DNA of 64,000 nucleotides, from assembly GCA_021812705.1 (NCBI GenBank), contig JAKAMT010000001.1, positions 8,016-72,015 of the forward strand, given 5' to 3'. This document shows positions 45,339 to 55,530 of this stretch, in pieces. Made by a program: the position numbers and the translations under genes. The notes beneath the pieces are model-generated. The model saw only the letters and a list, made by a program, of their open reading frames with translations. It was not told the origin of the DNA and ran no database searches. This DNA comes from Bacteroidota bacterium. GTDB lineage: Bacteria; Bacteroidota; Ignavibacteria; Ignavibacteriales; Melioribacteraceae. Each line of letters opens with the position of its first letter. The stretch's first letter is position 1.

Positions 45339-45878
45339 ATGAAAATATTGGTCGGTTCAAAAAACCCGGTGAAGATTGATTCTGTACGCGAAGCGTTTGC
45401 AAATTATTTTGACCGTCTGGAGGTGGCCGGAATTGAAGTGGATTCGGGCGTTTCGGCCCAGCCGGTGGGGGATGAAACTTATATTGGCGCAAAGAACCGC
45501 GCGATGAATTTGAAGTCGCTGAATGAAAAAGAAAATCTGTCCGCGGATTTTTTTGTGGGCATTGAAGGGGGAATCACAAAACAGTTCGGAAAATGGTTTG
45601 CCTTCGGCTGTATGTGTATTGCAGACAAAGAGGGAAATGCGGGATTCGGAAATTCTCCCCAGTTTGAATTGCCGGGCTCCGTATCGGAAAAATTATTGGA
45701 AGGGAAAGAACTGGGCGATGTGATGGATGAAATTATGAATCAGCAGAATACAAAACAGAAACAGGGCGCAATCGGGTTTTTTACAAACGGCGTTATGAAC
45801 AGAAAAGAACTTTATATCGAAGGCTTAAAAGTTGCCATGATTCCTTTTCTTCACAAAGAGATGTTTTTTAAAAAATAA
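45339..45878 (+). CDS. yjjX: Inosine/xanthosine triphosphatase (YjjX-family non-canonical NTPase)
   Basis: VGSKNPVKIDSV, SGVSAQP, and GIEGG motifs. 179 aa. Confidence 0.8.
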   Translation: MKILVGSKNPVKIDSVREAFANYFDRLEVAGIEVDSGVSAQPVGDETYIGAKNRAMNLKSLNEKENLSADFFVGIEGGITKQFGKWFAFGCMCIADKEGNAGFGNSPQFELPGSVSEKLLEGKELGDVMDEIMNQQNTKQKQGAIGFFTNGVMNRKELYIEGLKVAMIPFLHKEMFFKK

Positions 45879-45924
45879 TGCCGGATTTATTATTCCAAAG
45901 GATAAATAATTGAAGGAGAATTTT

Positions 45925-46713
45925 ATGGAACTTCCTTTTTATCAGGTGGATGCATTCACGTCAAAATTGTTCGGAGGAAATCCCGCCGCTGTAGTACCGT
46001 TAATAAACTGGCTCGATGATGAAACTCTTCAGAATATCGCCGCCGAAAATAATTTATCGGAGACGGCTTTTTTTGTAAAAGTAAATAATCGTTATCACAT
46101 AAGATGGATGACACCCGTGAGCGAAGTCCCTTTATGCGGCCACGCCACACTTGCTTCGGCTTTCGTCATTTTTAATTTTATTGAAAAGGATTCTAAAAAA
46201 ATTTATTTCGATTCAAAAAGCGGCGAACTGGCTGTTTCTCGCGAGGGAGATCTTCTTACTCTCGATTTTCCTTCTCACAAACCGACGCCTCTTCCAAATG
46301 ATGATAAAATAAAAAAATGTTTCGGCAGGGAGCCGCTGGAAGTTTTGAAAAACGGATTTTATCTCCTGGCGGTATTTGATTCGGAAGAATTTATTCGCTG
46401 TTTAAATCCGGACTTTGAATTGGTGAAAGAACTTCATCCGCATGCGGTAATTATTTCCGCGAAGGGAAATGAAGCCGATTTTGTTTCCAGGATGTTTGCG
46501 CCGAACGAAGGAATAAACGAGGATCCCGTAACGGGTTCGGCTCACACAGTTTTAGTGCCGTATTGGGGAGAAAAACTTGGTAAGAAAAATTTTCGCGCAC
46601 TTCAGGTTTCTAAACGGGGCGGGGAGCTTTTTTGCAGCCAGGAAGGGGAAAGGATAAAAATTGCCGGAAAAGCAGTGCTTTACGCCACAGGAAGTTTATT
46701 TTTAGGTTTATAA
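45925..46713 (+). CDS. PhzF-family isomerase-like protein
   Basis: FYQVDAFT...FGGNPAAVV, NLSETAF, LCGHATLA. Start at the ATG at 45925 behind AAGGAG. Confidence 0.88.
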   Translation: MELPFYQVDAFTSKLFGGNPAAVVPLINWLDDETLQNIAAENNLSETAFFVKVNNRYHIRWMTPVSEVPLCGHATLASAFVIFNFIEKDSKKIYFDSKSGELAVSREGDLLTLDFPSHKPTPLPNDDKIKKCFGREPLEVLKNGFYLLAVFDSEEFIRCLNPDFELVKELHPHAVIISAKGNEADFVSRMFAPNEGINEDPVTGSAHTVLVPYWGEKLGKKNFRALQVSKRGGELFCSQEGERIKIAGKAVLYATGSLFLGL

Positions 46714-46807
46714 TTAACTTTTTTTCTTGCATATTAGCCGCTGAACTTTATCTTTTTCTCTAATTTTATTTAGAAACTGGAAGTATTTGCTGAGGATTCT
46801 GTTTGAT

Positions 46808-47791
46808 ATGAAAATTTTTCGCGGTGCAGCAATTCTGCTTTTTGTCGGCGCGCTTGTCTCTTGCGATGCGCCCAGGTTAAACCCGCTCGATCCGCAGAAT
46901 CCGGATTACCAGCTCTCTACAATTGAGGGTGTCATTCAGACAACGGCACTCCCTAAACAACCTATCCAGGGAGTAAAAGTTTATTGGAAAAATGAAAACC
47001 TGATCTCATTTACAGATGCTCAGGGAAAATTTTTGATAGACCGGCTTCCTCAAAAGCAGGGCTGGATCTATTTCGAAAAAGATAATTACAGCACGGATTC
47101 CGTGAACATTAATCTTCTAAATCAGAAAACGGTTCACGTGGAGATCTCTCTAAATGCAATTCCAAAACTCGAAGATTATATAATTTATACAAGCGTATTG
47201 AACAGATATCCCGATGCGCAGAGCGATTCCCTGTTTGTTAAAGCAAAAATTTCGGATGCCGAAAATGATCTGTCCTCGGTTTATGTAAGATGTGCTGATT
47301 TAAGTATCGATAAAAAGCTGACTCTTAATTCTTCATCCGGCTATTATGAAAATAAATTTGCACCCTCGGATTTGAATATGAAATCGGTGGATGAAGGAAT
47401 TGGAAAAAATTTCGATATCTCCGTTTATAATGCTGCGGGAAAAGAATTTAAGATTGGATCTTCTACTATTAAGAGAACTATAAGGCAGGATATTATTTTC
47501 AGGTCGCCTGCGAATTTGGAAACCGTAACTAAACCCGTAAAATTCTCATGGGGAAGATTTATTCCGGGATACAATTTTACTTACACACTTGAAATCTATA
47601 CGAATGCGAATGCCCCCGATAGAAAAATTCATGTGACCGGCATTTCCAAGGATGCGATAGAAATAACCACTAACTCAACAGACTTTAATATTAATAATCT
47701 GCCCGCAGGCGAATATTTCTGGGTAATCTGGGTTATAGACGACTTCCAGAACAGGGTCCGTTCGCGACCGGCATCGTTTGTAATTCAATAA
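46808..47791 (+). CDS. Lipoprotein of unknown function with carboxypeptidase-regulatory-like domain
   Basis: The ATG at 46808 gives MKIFRGAAILLFVGALVSC (lipobox). GVIQT....PIQGVKVYW...TDAQGKF pattern. Confidence 0.5.
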   Translation: MKIFRGAAILLFVGALVSCDAPRLNPLDPQNPDYQLSTIEGVIQTTALPKQPIQGVKVYWKNENLISFTDAQGKFLIDRLPQKQGWIYFEKDNYSTDSVNINLLNQKTVHVEISLNAIPKLEDYIIYTSVLNRYPDAQSDSLFVKAKISDAENDLSSVYVRCADLSIDKKLTLNSSSGYYENKFAPSDLNMKSVDEGIGKNFDISVYNAAGKEFKIGSSTIKRTIRQDIIFRSPANLETVTKPVKFSWGRFIPGYNFTYTLEIYTNANAPDRKIHVTGISKDAIEITTNSTDFNINNLPAGEYFWVIWVIDDFQNRVRSRPASFVIQ

Positions 47792-47807
47792 AAAATCCGT
47801 TCGATAG

Positions 47808-49298
47808 ATGAGTAATTTTTTCAAAGAAAATATTAATCATATTAAGAATCTCTCTAAGAGCGAGTTCGAATCACTCTATGAATTCAGTCAGATTCTCAAT
47901 TCCGCCACAAGGCAGGATCTGCTTATCGAAGATGCAATCGATATCGTTATTAACGTTATCAATGCAGAGCGGGGACTTTTTGTTAAATATGACGAATTGA
48001 ACGATAATTTTTCAATTATCTCCGCAAGAAAAATTTCGAACGAGACAATTACCGATCTTCATGAATTTTCTTCGGGCATTCTTCAAAAAGTCATCAAAGA
48101 AAAAAAACCGCTTCTCTATCACGATGTGATGGGAGACCCGCATCTGTCGCAGTTCGAAAGCGTTCAGATCCAGCGGATTAAATCTGTTATCGGCGTGCCT
48201 ATCATACGCGATGCAAAAGTATGGGGAGTAATTGTTGCGGACAGTCAATTGGACAGAAGAGAGTTTACGGAAGAGAATCTTTTATTCCTGAGCTTCTTTT
48301 CAAACCTGGTTTCGCTTGCGCTGGACAGAATAATAAAATTAGAAGAACTCGAAAAAGAGAATCAGATTCTTACAAACCGCCTCCAGTCCTATTTCGAAAT
48401 ACCCGACATGATTGGAGAGAGCGCCGTAATGAAGAGCCTTTCTCAGATTCTTTATAAAGTGGCGCTTACAGATGCAACTGTTTTGATTACGGGAGAAAGC
48501 GGAACCGGAAAAGAGATTGCGGCAAAGGCAATTCATGATTTAAGCAAGCGGAACGATAAACCTTTCCTTGCGCAGTTCTGCGGCTCAATTCCCGATAACC
48601 TGCTGGAAAGCGAACTGTTCGGTTATAAAAAGGGGGCGTTCACGGGCGCGAATCAGGATAAACAGGGACTGCTCGAAGCCGCAGACGGAGGCACATTTTT
48701 TCTCGACGAGATAGCGGATATATCAATCGCGCTTCAGGCAAAACTTTTGCGCGTTCTTGAAAACCGGGAAATCATTCGACTCGGCGATGTTAAAGTGAGA
48801 AAAATTAATGTCCGCATAATAACGGCCACAAATAAAGATCTTCAAACCCTGGTAAAAGAGGGCGCGTTCCGGGAAGATCTATTCTATCGTTTAAATGTAT
48901 TCCCGATTCATATTCCGTCTTTGAGGGAAAGAAGAAGCGACATAGCTTTGCTGGTTAATGCATTTGTGAAAAAGTTCAGCGAAAAAGAGATGACAATAGA
49001 TCCTGCGGTAATTAAAAAACTGGAAAACTACTACTGGCCCGGAAATATACGTCAGCTCATAAATGTAATTCATAGAGCGCTGATTCTTTGCGAGGGGAAC
49101 CGCCTTGCAGCCGAGAATATTATTCTGGAAGATTCATCGGTTGCTGATAATTTTAAAGGAACTCTTCAGGAATATGAAATGCTTCTTTTGAAAAAACGAT
49201 TGGATGAATTTAACGGAAACAGGACTCTTACGGCAAAATCATTGGATGTCTCGGTAAGATGGATCCAGCTCAAACTGAAAGAGATGGGGGAACAATAG
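47808..49298 (+). CDS. Sigma-54-dependent transcriptional activator with N-terminal GAF domain (no receiver domain)
   Basis: Walker A GESGTGKE, the sigma-54 contact loop GAFTGA, Walker B FFLDEI, and a C-terminal Fis-type HTH. The N-terminal ~170 aa look GAF-like. Confidence 0.9.
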   Translation: MSNFFKENINHIKNLSKSEFESLYEFSQILNSATRQDLLIEDAIDIVINVINAERGLFVKYDELNDNFSIISARKISNETITDLHEFSSGILQKVIKEKKPLLYHDVMGDPHLSQFESVQIQRIKSVIGVPIIRDAKVWGVIVADSQLDRREFTEENLLFLSFFSNLVSLALDRIIKLEELEKENQILTNRLQSYFEIPDMIGESAVMKSLSQILYKVALTDATVLITGESGTGKEIAAKAIHDLSKRNDKPFLAQFCGSIPDNLLESELFGYKKGAFTGANQDKQGLLEAADGGTFFLDEIADISIALQAKLLRVLENREIIRLGDVKVRKINVRIITATNKDLQTLVKEGAFREDLFYRLNVFPIHIPSLRERRSDIALLVNAFVKKFSEKEMTIDPAVIKKLENYYWPGNIRQLINVIHRALILCEGNRLAAENIILEDSSVADNFKGTLQEYEMLLLKKRLDEFNGNRTLTAKSLDVSVRWIQLKLKEMGEQ

Positions 49299-49299
49299 A

Positions 49300-50895
49300 A
49301 TGTCTTCTCTTACTTCGGAAATATTGTTCGAAAAATTTCAGATCATCGAGGTGATGAAGAAAGACGAGCATGCCGCGGTCTTTCTGGCAAATCATATCTA
49401 CCTGAATAAAAAAATTATTCTTAAGGTTCTTAACACCCAGAAACTTCCGGATCCTTCAATGGTCGAGCGCTTTAAAAGAGAAGGCAAAATTCTCGCAAAG
49501 CTCGATCACCCCAATATCATCAAAGTCCTCGACTTCGGCCTGAGCAAAGAATATTTTTATATCTCGTTCGAATATATCGAAGGGGAATCTCTGCGGAATG
49601 TTTTAAAAACAAAAGCGCTTACTGAAGAACAGAAAGAACATATTATGATCCAGCTTCTCAAGGGCCTGGATTATGCTCACAAAAATCAGGTTATACACCG
49701 CGACATCAAACCGGAAAATATTTTTATAGACAAAAATCTTAATGTAAAACTCGGAGATTTCGGACTGGCGCTTTCCGCGGAAGATAATTTTGTTACTAAC
49801 CCTTACTCAATAGTCGGCACTCCGAGCTACATGAGTCCGGAACAGGTCCGCGGCGCAAAGCTCACTCCCCAGAGCGATATTTTCTCAGCAGGCGTGGTGC
49901 TTTTTGAACTTTTTGCAGGCAAGAATCCATTCCTGCGGGATAATGTGAGCCTCACTCTGAACGAAATAATGGCTTACAATGAAGATGAGCTGATGAAAAA
50001 TGCCGGAGATCAGTCGCAGCTCATTCAGGATATTCTTTCGCGAATGCTGAAAAAGACGGTGGGAGAGAGGTATGAATCGGCGGAAGAAATTTTAGACGAA
50101 ATGAATGTTCACGTCGATCAGCCTACGATCGTAATCAACAATGCGGATATTGAAGGAAAAAAATCCATGCTGGCCTGGATTTTCATTGCTGTTATTTTTG
50201 TGGGCATAGCCGCAATTTTTATTCTTCCCGTTTTGAACCAGCCCAAAATAGATAACGCCGCTTCTCAACAGGAGCCGCAGAATAATTCCGTTAAAAACGA
50301 TTCGGCAAAACCGGAAGCGGCAGACCAGACAAAAAATGTTCAGAAGGACCAGGTCGATCCCGAAAAAATAAAAGAGCCGCTCATTGAAAATAAAACGAAG
50401 GATACGGAACAAAACAAAACTGTAGAAGATGCTTCAAAACAAATTACAACGCAGGGCGTTGGAGATTTATTTGTGAACACATATCCGCCGAATACAGAAG
50501 TCTCTATAAACGGCGATAGCTACGGAAGAACTCCGTTCGACAGATCTTTTCCGATCCGCTCCGGAGAATATCAAGTCAAATTTACTCATCCCAACTACCC
50601 GACTTTCTATAAACAAATTAATGTGGAAGCAGATAAGGTGACAAAAGTATTTGTGAATGTTGAAGCAGAAACAATGGGATTTATTCATTGCTTTGTAAGT
50701 CCCCCGTATGCGGAAATTTTTATTAACGGAAACAAAAGAGCGGAAGCCCCCATGAAAACCACCGATTTTATAAAAGTGGTTCCGGGCCCGGTTCGGCTCG
50801 TTCTTAAAAATCCAAGATTCAGAGATATAGATACAACGTTTTCAATAAGAGCCAAAGACACTCTTAAACTCAAATTCGGTTTTAAGGGCGAATAG
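49300..50895 (+). CDS. Hanks-type Ser/Thr protein kinase with TM helix and C-terminal PEGA-like repeats
   Basis: ILKVL (VAIK-like Lys), HRDIKPENIF, DFG, GTPSYMSPE. One TM helix (WIFIAVIFVGIAAIFILPV). Two PEGA-like segments (VNTYPPNTEVSINGDSYGRTP; VSPPYAEIFINGNKRA). Confidence 0.9.
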   Translation: MSSLTSEILFEKFQIIEVMKKDEHAAVFLANHIYLNKKIILKVLNTQKLPDPSMVERFKREGKILAKLDHPNIIKVLDFGLSKEYFYISFEYIEGESLRNVLKTKALTEEQKEHIMIQLLKGLDYAHKNQVIHRDIKPENIFIDKNLNVKLGDFGLALSAEDNFVTNPYSIVGTPSYMSPEQVRGAKLTPQSDIFSAGVVLFELFAGKNPFLRDNVSLTLNEIMAYNEDELMKNAGDQSQLIQDILSRMLKKTVGERYESAEEILDEMNVHVDQPTIVINNADIEGKKSMLAWIFIAVIFVGIAAIFILPVLNQPKIDNAASQQEPQNNSVKNDSAKPEAADQTKNVQKDQVDPEKIKEPLIENKTKDTEQNKTVEDASKQITTQGVGDLFVNTYPPNTEVSINGDSYGRTPFDRSFPIRSGEYQVKFTHPNYPTFYKQINVEADKVTKVFVNVEAETMGFIHCFVSPPYAEIFINGNKRAEAPMKTTDFIKVVPGPVRLVLKNPRFRDIDTTFSIRAKDTLKLKFGFKGE

Positions 50896-50931
50896 TTTTT
50901 AAGGTGAATAAAAAGAAGTTATCTTGAGACA

Positions 50932-52209
50932 ATGAAAAAAATATTTATCATAATATCCTTTCTCTTTATTGCGGGAACGACCGGCGCGCAGCTTAGATGG
51001 CAGGTTGTAGGCACAATGCCCTATCCCGTTTCCGGCGGACAGGTGGTTTATGATATCAACGGATTAAGCAATAAAATTTACATCTTCGGAGGGTATTCGG
51101 ATTCTTTGCAAAGTGCCGTTGACTGGATACAGGAGTACGATGTTTCCAGAAACCAATGGAGAATGGTCGGACGCATGCTTCAGCCGAGAGATCAGTTTGT
51201 AGCAGATATCTGGAAGAACAATATTCTTTACCTGGGCGGTGCCGTGGATGCATCGACGGATAAAACTTCGATGGAAGCGTGGGATTATAATATAGTAACA
51301 AATTTAGCTTCCACTTACGACAGAAATAAAAATTTTGGAAGACTTTACTCAACCGGTCAGATAGTAGGAGATACATTTTATTTAATCGGAGGAGATCCCG
51401 CCGCACAGGGAGATCAAATAGCTTACATAACGGCATATAATCTCGCTTCAAAACAGGTCGGCTTCACATTCAATTCCCCTTCTCCCGATCCTCCAAGACA
51501 GAGGATGACTTTCATCGTTGGAGACAATATCTACATATTCGGGGGAGTAACAAACGGTGTGATGAAAGCAATCCAGAGATTCAACATTAAATCTCAAACG
51601 CTTGTAGATTTATCCGAGCATCTTATCGAGTCGCGCGCAGCCGGTTCGGCGGTTTATAATCCGCTGAGCAGGATAGGTTTCATAATCGGCGGTTACAACG
51701 AAACCATGAACGCAATGAATACGGTGGAGCAGGTTGAAGTCCAACCAGACGGTTCATTAAAAATCATTCCTTCTGCGCCGCTGACTTATGCAAGAACAGG
51801 ACTCATGGCCGTGGCTTATAAAAACGGATTTGTTGCGGTTTTTGGAGGAAGAACGGACCGCGGTCATCTTGGCAAAGCCGTTCCTTACATAGAAATTCTG
51901 GTTAACAGCACAAGCGGAGTTGAAAGCGAAGAGATTCCGAAAGATTTTTCTCTCGGCCAAAATTATCCTAACCCTTTCAATCCCTCTACAACCGTCGGCT
52001 ATGAATTATCCTCAGGCAGATACGTTACATTAAACGTATACGATGCGCTGGGAAAAGAGGTGGCGCAATTAGTAAATGAATATCAGAACGCCGGAAAGTA
52101 TAATGTAACTTTTGCGGCGGAAAAATATAATTTGACTGCGGGAATCTATTTTTACAGACTGACGGCCGGAAATTATTCGTTCACAAAAAAAATGCTTCTG
52201 CTTAAATGA
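50932..52209 (+). CDS. Kelch/beta-propeller repeat protein with T9SS C-terminal sorting domain
   Basis: Repeated ...IYIFGG.. / ..FYLIGG.. blades. The C-terminal QNYPNPFNPSTTVGYEL...GIYFYRL matches the type A por-secretion tail. Confidence 0.85.
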   Translation: MKKIFIIISFLFIAGTTGAQLRWQVVGTMPYPVSGGQVVYDINGLSNKIYIFGGYSDSLQSAVDWIQEYDVSRNQWRMVGRMLQPRDQFVADIWKNNILYLGGAVDASTDKTSMEAWDYNIVTNLASTYDRNKNFGRLYSTGQIVGDTFYLIGGDPAAQGDQIAYITAYNLASKQVGFTFNSPSPDPPRQRMTFIVGDNIYIFGGVTNGVMKAIQRFNIKSQTLVDLSEHLIESRAAGSAVYNPLSRIGFIIGGYNETMNAMNTVEQVEVQPDGSLKIIPSAPLTYARTGLMAVAYKNGFVAVFGGRTDRGHLGKAVPYIEILVNSTSGVESEEIPKDFSLGQNYPNPFNPSTTVGYELSSGRYVTLNVYDALGKEVAQLVNEYQNAGKYNVTFAAEKYNLTAGIYFYRLTAGNYSFTKKMLLLK

Positions 52210-53018
52210 TGAAAAAAATATTTCTCATATTATTCTTCTCGGCTTTCGCGGCATCGTTTGCGCAAGAAGCAACTTTCGAATCAGTAAAAAAACAGTTCGA
52301 AAATTTTCAGTACGACGAAATGCTTAAAAACTCCGACCTGCTTATTGCAAAAGGCGCTCTGAGCGATTCGCTCCTCATAGAAGTTCACCTGATGCGCGCG
52401 AACGTTTTTTATACTAACGGCTCCGATGAATTGACAAAAAAAAGTTTTGAAAGCATACTTGCGATTAAAAAGAATTATATACCGGACCCGACGGTTACTT
52501 CTCCAAAATTAACCGCCATCTTCAACGAGGTGAAATTAGAGTATTTGAAAAAAAATCCTGATGTGGTTCCGCCGGCGGACTCAACCGGTTTAAAGCCGCA
52601 AACCGTTTTTCAGAAACAGTTTCCTCAAGCCGTTGCCGTAGTAAAAAATATTTTCGCGCCGGGTCTTGGCCAGCTCCATCACGGCAATACCGCCAAGGGA
52701 TGGGTGACCCTGGGCGCTTCGGCAATCGCTCTTGCGTCATCGGTCTATTTTGCAACAGACGCGAATAAAAAACAGAGCGATTATCTTGCAGAAACCAATC
52801 AGCAGTTGATCCAATTAAAATATGACGATTATAATAAATCGTTCAAGGCAAGAAATGCCTCATTAATAACGCTTGCAGCAATCTGGCTCTACAGTCAAAT
52901 AGACCTCTTCTTCTTTTCGGAAGAATCGGAACAAAGCAGCCCGGGTGCATCGGGCAGCATTTCCATCAAAACAGGTCCGGCCAACACCGTGCTTCTGGGA
53001 TACAAAATTCCATTCTGA
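52206..53018 (+). CDS. Secreted/membrane protein with TPR-like N-terminus and DUF5683-like PGLGQ segment
   Basis: Signal peptide. IFAPGLGQLHHGNTAKGW followed by two TM helices. 4-nt overlap with the Kelch gene. Confidence 0.45.
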   Translation: MMKKIFLILFFSAFAASFAQEATFESVKKQFENFQYDEMLKNSDLLIAKGALSDSLLIEVHLMRANVFYTNGSDELTKKSFESILAIKKNYIPDPTVTSPKLTAIFNEVKLEYLKKNPDVVPPADSTGLKPQTVFQKQFPQAVAVVKNIFAPGLGQLHHGNTAKGWVTLGASAIALASSVYFATDANKKQSDYLAETNQQLIQLKYDDYNKSFKARNASLITLAAIWLYSQIDLFFFSEESEQSSPGASGSISIKTGPANTVLLGYKIPF

Positions 53019-53099
53019 TTAATTTTATTATACCGGAAGTTCCCTATTGATATACTCGTATCAATTTTCTACTTTGTTTCAAAGATCGGAAGAGGTAGA

Positions 53100-53765
53100 G
53101 TGGAATTTGAACGCATAATCCTCGAACTCCAGAAAAACGGCAATAAGCGAGCCGTATCAACCAGAAAAAAAATTGGAATGAATACCGATAAATATCTGGG
53201 TGTGGAGCTAAAAAAAATTACAGATCTTGCCAAGAAGATCGGAAAAAATCATAAACTGGCAGAACAGCTGCGTAAGTCGGAATTGCGCGATGCCCTCCTC
53301 CTCTCATTTTTTGTAGACGAACCCAAAAAAGTTTCTTTAAACGATGCTAAAAATTTGTTGAAGCTTATCGATTATCCCGATCTGTCCGATCCGTTTTGCA
53401 GCAATATAATTATCAACGCTCCTTATATTTTTGACCTGATTGATGAATGGAAGGACAGCTCAAAAGAGATGACCAAAAGGTGCGCATACATGGGAGTCTG
53501 CGAACTTGCAAAGAACAATCATAAAGTCGGCGACGATTATTTTCTGGAATTCTTGTCCAGAATAGAAAGAGAGATAGGTTACTCAAAAAACTGGGTGAAG
53601 GATTCGATGGTTTGTGCGTTAAACAGCATTGGTGAAAGAAACGAGTTTTTAAGAAATAAAACCGCGTCCGTTATTAAAAACATCGGCAAAGTAAAAATTG
53701 AATTTCAAAAAGGAACCGGTGTTATTGCCGCTCAGTTAAAGCCGCTCGTCGGAACAGCGCCTTAA
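53100..53765 (+). CDS. DNA alkylation repair enzyme-like HEAT-repeat protein (AlkD-like family)
   Basis: GTG start. The helical repeat pattern and N-terminal L..NGN...........G.....LGV....I..LAKKIGKNH.LA..L resemble PF08713 members. Confidence 0.55.
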   Translation: MEFERIILELQKNGNKRAVSTRKKIGMNTDKYLGVELKKITDLAKKIGKNHKLAEQLRKSELRDALLLSFFVDEPKKVSLNDAKNLLKLIDYPDLSDPFCSNIIINAPYIFDLIDEWKDSSKEMTKRCAYMGVCELAKNNHKVGDDYFLEFLSRIEREIGYSKNWVKDSMVCALNSIGERNEFLRNKTASVIKNIGKVKIEFQKGTGVIAAQLKPLVGTAP

Positions 53766-53866
53766 ATAATACTCTGACCGGCTGCTGTATTAATAAAGCG
53801 GTTTTCTATTAAAACTATTATTCATATATTCACATTTGAATTTGTGAAGATAAAAAGCGCTATAAC

Positions 53867-54232
53867 ATGGATTTTAAATTAGAGATTACAGGGGATATTG
53901 CCGTAGTTCACGTTTTTCTGAACAGAGCTACGCTTGCAAAAGCAATTTTGTTTAAAGATTTCGTCACTAATGTGATTACGCAGGGAACCATCAAGATAGT
54001 GGTAGACCTGGGCATCTGCGAATATGTGGATTCAACATTTCTTGGCGCTATGGTTGCCGTTCTCAAAAAAGCAAATTCTTTGGGCGGTGACTTGAGACTT
54101 GTTTATAACAAAGAGATGCCTTCGCTTGTCTTCGTGCTAACGAGAATGGATAAAGTTTTTAAAGTATTTACAAATCTTGATGACGCGGTTGAAAGTTTTG
54201 GCGGCAGCAAACCAAGCCTTAACTGGAAATAA
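53867..54232 (+). CDS. STAS-domain anti-sigma-factor antagonist (SpoIIAA-like)
   Basis: 121 aa. VVDLGICEYVDSTFLGAMV carries the conserved DS(T) phosphorylatable serine position. Confidence 0.85.
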   Translation: MDFKLEITGDIAVVHVFLNRATLAKAILFKDFVTNVITQGTIKIVVDLGICEYVDSTFLGAMVAVLKKANSLGGDLRLVYNKEMPSLVFVLTRMDKVFKVFTNLDDAVESFGGSKPSLNWK

Positions 54233-54234
54233 AA

Positions 54235-55458
54235 TTACTCTTCTAGCTGAACAATTTTATAAACTTTGTCGTACTGCCTTACCCGCTCTTTACACAGTAT
54301 TGTAATATCGTCCCCCTTGGCTGCGGTTTTCAATTCCGTTTCATCTTTCATCATTTTATCAACGGTCAGTTCAACTACGCCGGTTGTATTTCCGATTATG
54401 TAAATGGAATCGCCCGGTTTAAGCGATTCGGCTTCAATTCTTATAAATGCGACTTCGCTCTTTTTATAATAATTAAGCACCCTTCCTGCATAGACTTTTC
54501 TTGTTGTTGCAATGCTGCCGTAAGTCTTGGCGTAACTTTCTGATCCGGGCGCTCCAAAATAAAATCCGGGCGAGAAGCCGCGGTTGTAAACTCTTTTTAG
54601 TTTTTCTACTAATTCGGCTTTCTTTGTCTCGTCCAAATTTTTTTCAAAATAGAGATCGATAGCCTTTCTGTATACGGAAACGACGGTGGCTATATATTCA
54701 GGGCTTCTTTTTCTCCCTTCAATTTTGAGTGCGTCTATTCCGGCCTCAATCAATTTGTCCAGGAATTCGATGCTGCAAAGGTCTTTGGGAGACATTACAT
54801 AATCTTCTCCTAGTTCAAGCTCAAATTTCTCGTCGCTGTCTATTATCTTATATTCTCTTCTGCACGGCTGAATGCATTCCCCTCTGTTGGCGCTTTTGCC
54901 GAACACATCATGGCTCATAAAACATCTTCCGCTTATCGCCACGCACATAGCGCCGTGAACAAATGTTTCAATCTCCGCTTTCGCTTTTTTCTTTATCTCT
55001 TTTATTTTATCAAGAGTGCATTCCCTGGCAAGCACAATTCTGGATGCGCCGAGATTCTCATAAAATTTAACCGCGGCGGAGTTTGATGCCGAGGCCTGTG
55101 TGCTTATGCAGAATGGAATTTTTAATTCAACGCATTTTTGAATTACGGACATGTCCCAGCATATAATCATTGTAATGCCGGCATCTTTTGCCGCGCGCAT
55201 TATCCTGTCTAATTCCTCAAGTTCTTCTTCGAACACAATTGTGTTGAGTGTTAGGTGAGTGTCGACATTTTTGCTTTTGCAGTGTTCAACAATTGCCGGC
55301 AGATCCGCCATGTCGAAATTGTTTGCGGCGGCGCGCATGTTTAAATTTTTCACGCCGAAATAAACCGCATCGGCGCCCGCTTCTATCGCGGCGTTAAGCA
55401 TTGCCCAGTTGCCCGCGGGTGCAAGCAGTTCCGGTTTCTTTATATTTTCGTTTTTCAT
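54235..55458 (-). CDS. Peptidase U32 family protein
   Basis: ELLAPAGN....AA...GADAVYFG N-terminus and a Cys-rich GRCFMSH.....SANRGECIQPCRREY segment. Confidence 0.88.
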   Translation of the reverse strand: MKNENIKKPELLAPAGNWAMLNAAIEAGADAVYFGVKNLNMRAAANNFDMADLPAIVEHCKSKNVDTHLTLNTIVFEEELEELDRIMRAAKDAGITMIICWDMSVIQKCVELKIPFCISTQASASNSAAVKFYENLGASRIVLARECTLDKIKEIKKKAKAEIETFVHGAMCVAISGRCFMSHDVFGKSANRGECIQPCRREYKIIDSDEKFELELGEDYVMSPKDLCSIEFLDKLIEAGIDALKIEGRKRSPEYIATVVSVYRKAIDLYFEKNLDETKKAELVEKLKRVYNRGFSPGFYFGAPGSESYAKTYGSIATTRKVYAGRVLNYYKKSEVAFIRIEAESLKPGDSIYIIGNTTGVVELTVDKMMKDETELKTAAKGDDITILCKERVRQYDKVYKIVQLEE

Positions 55459-55530
55459 AAGCGCAATTATAATAAAAGTTGTTTAATTATTTTTTGGCGG
55501 AGTATCTTGGGGTATTAATTTTAAGCAATT

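Noticed and set aside
46778-46790. Sigma-54 promoter-like TGGAAG...TTGC upstream of the lipoprotein and activator genes
   Set aside because: The spacing between GG and GC is 8 nt instead of the canonical 10, and the -24 element is TGGAAG rather than TGGCAC. I do not consider it a credible -24/-12 promoter.
55495-55510. Sigma-54 promoter-like TGGCGGAGTATCTTGG upstream of the MFS transporter gene
   Set aside because: The -12 element reads TTGG, not TTGC. It is displaced by one nucleotide and lies only ~20 nt from the ATG. It is too weak to call without a PWM score.
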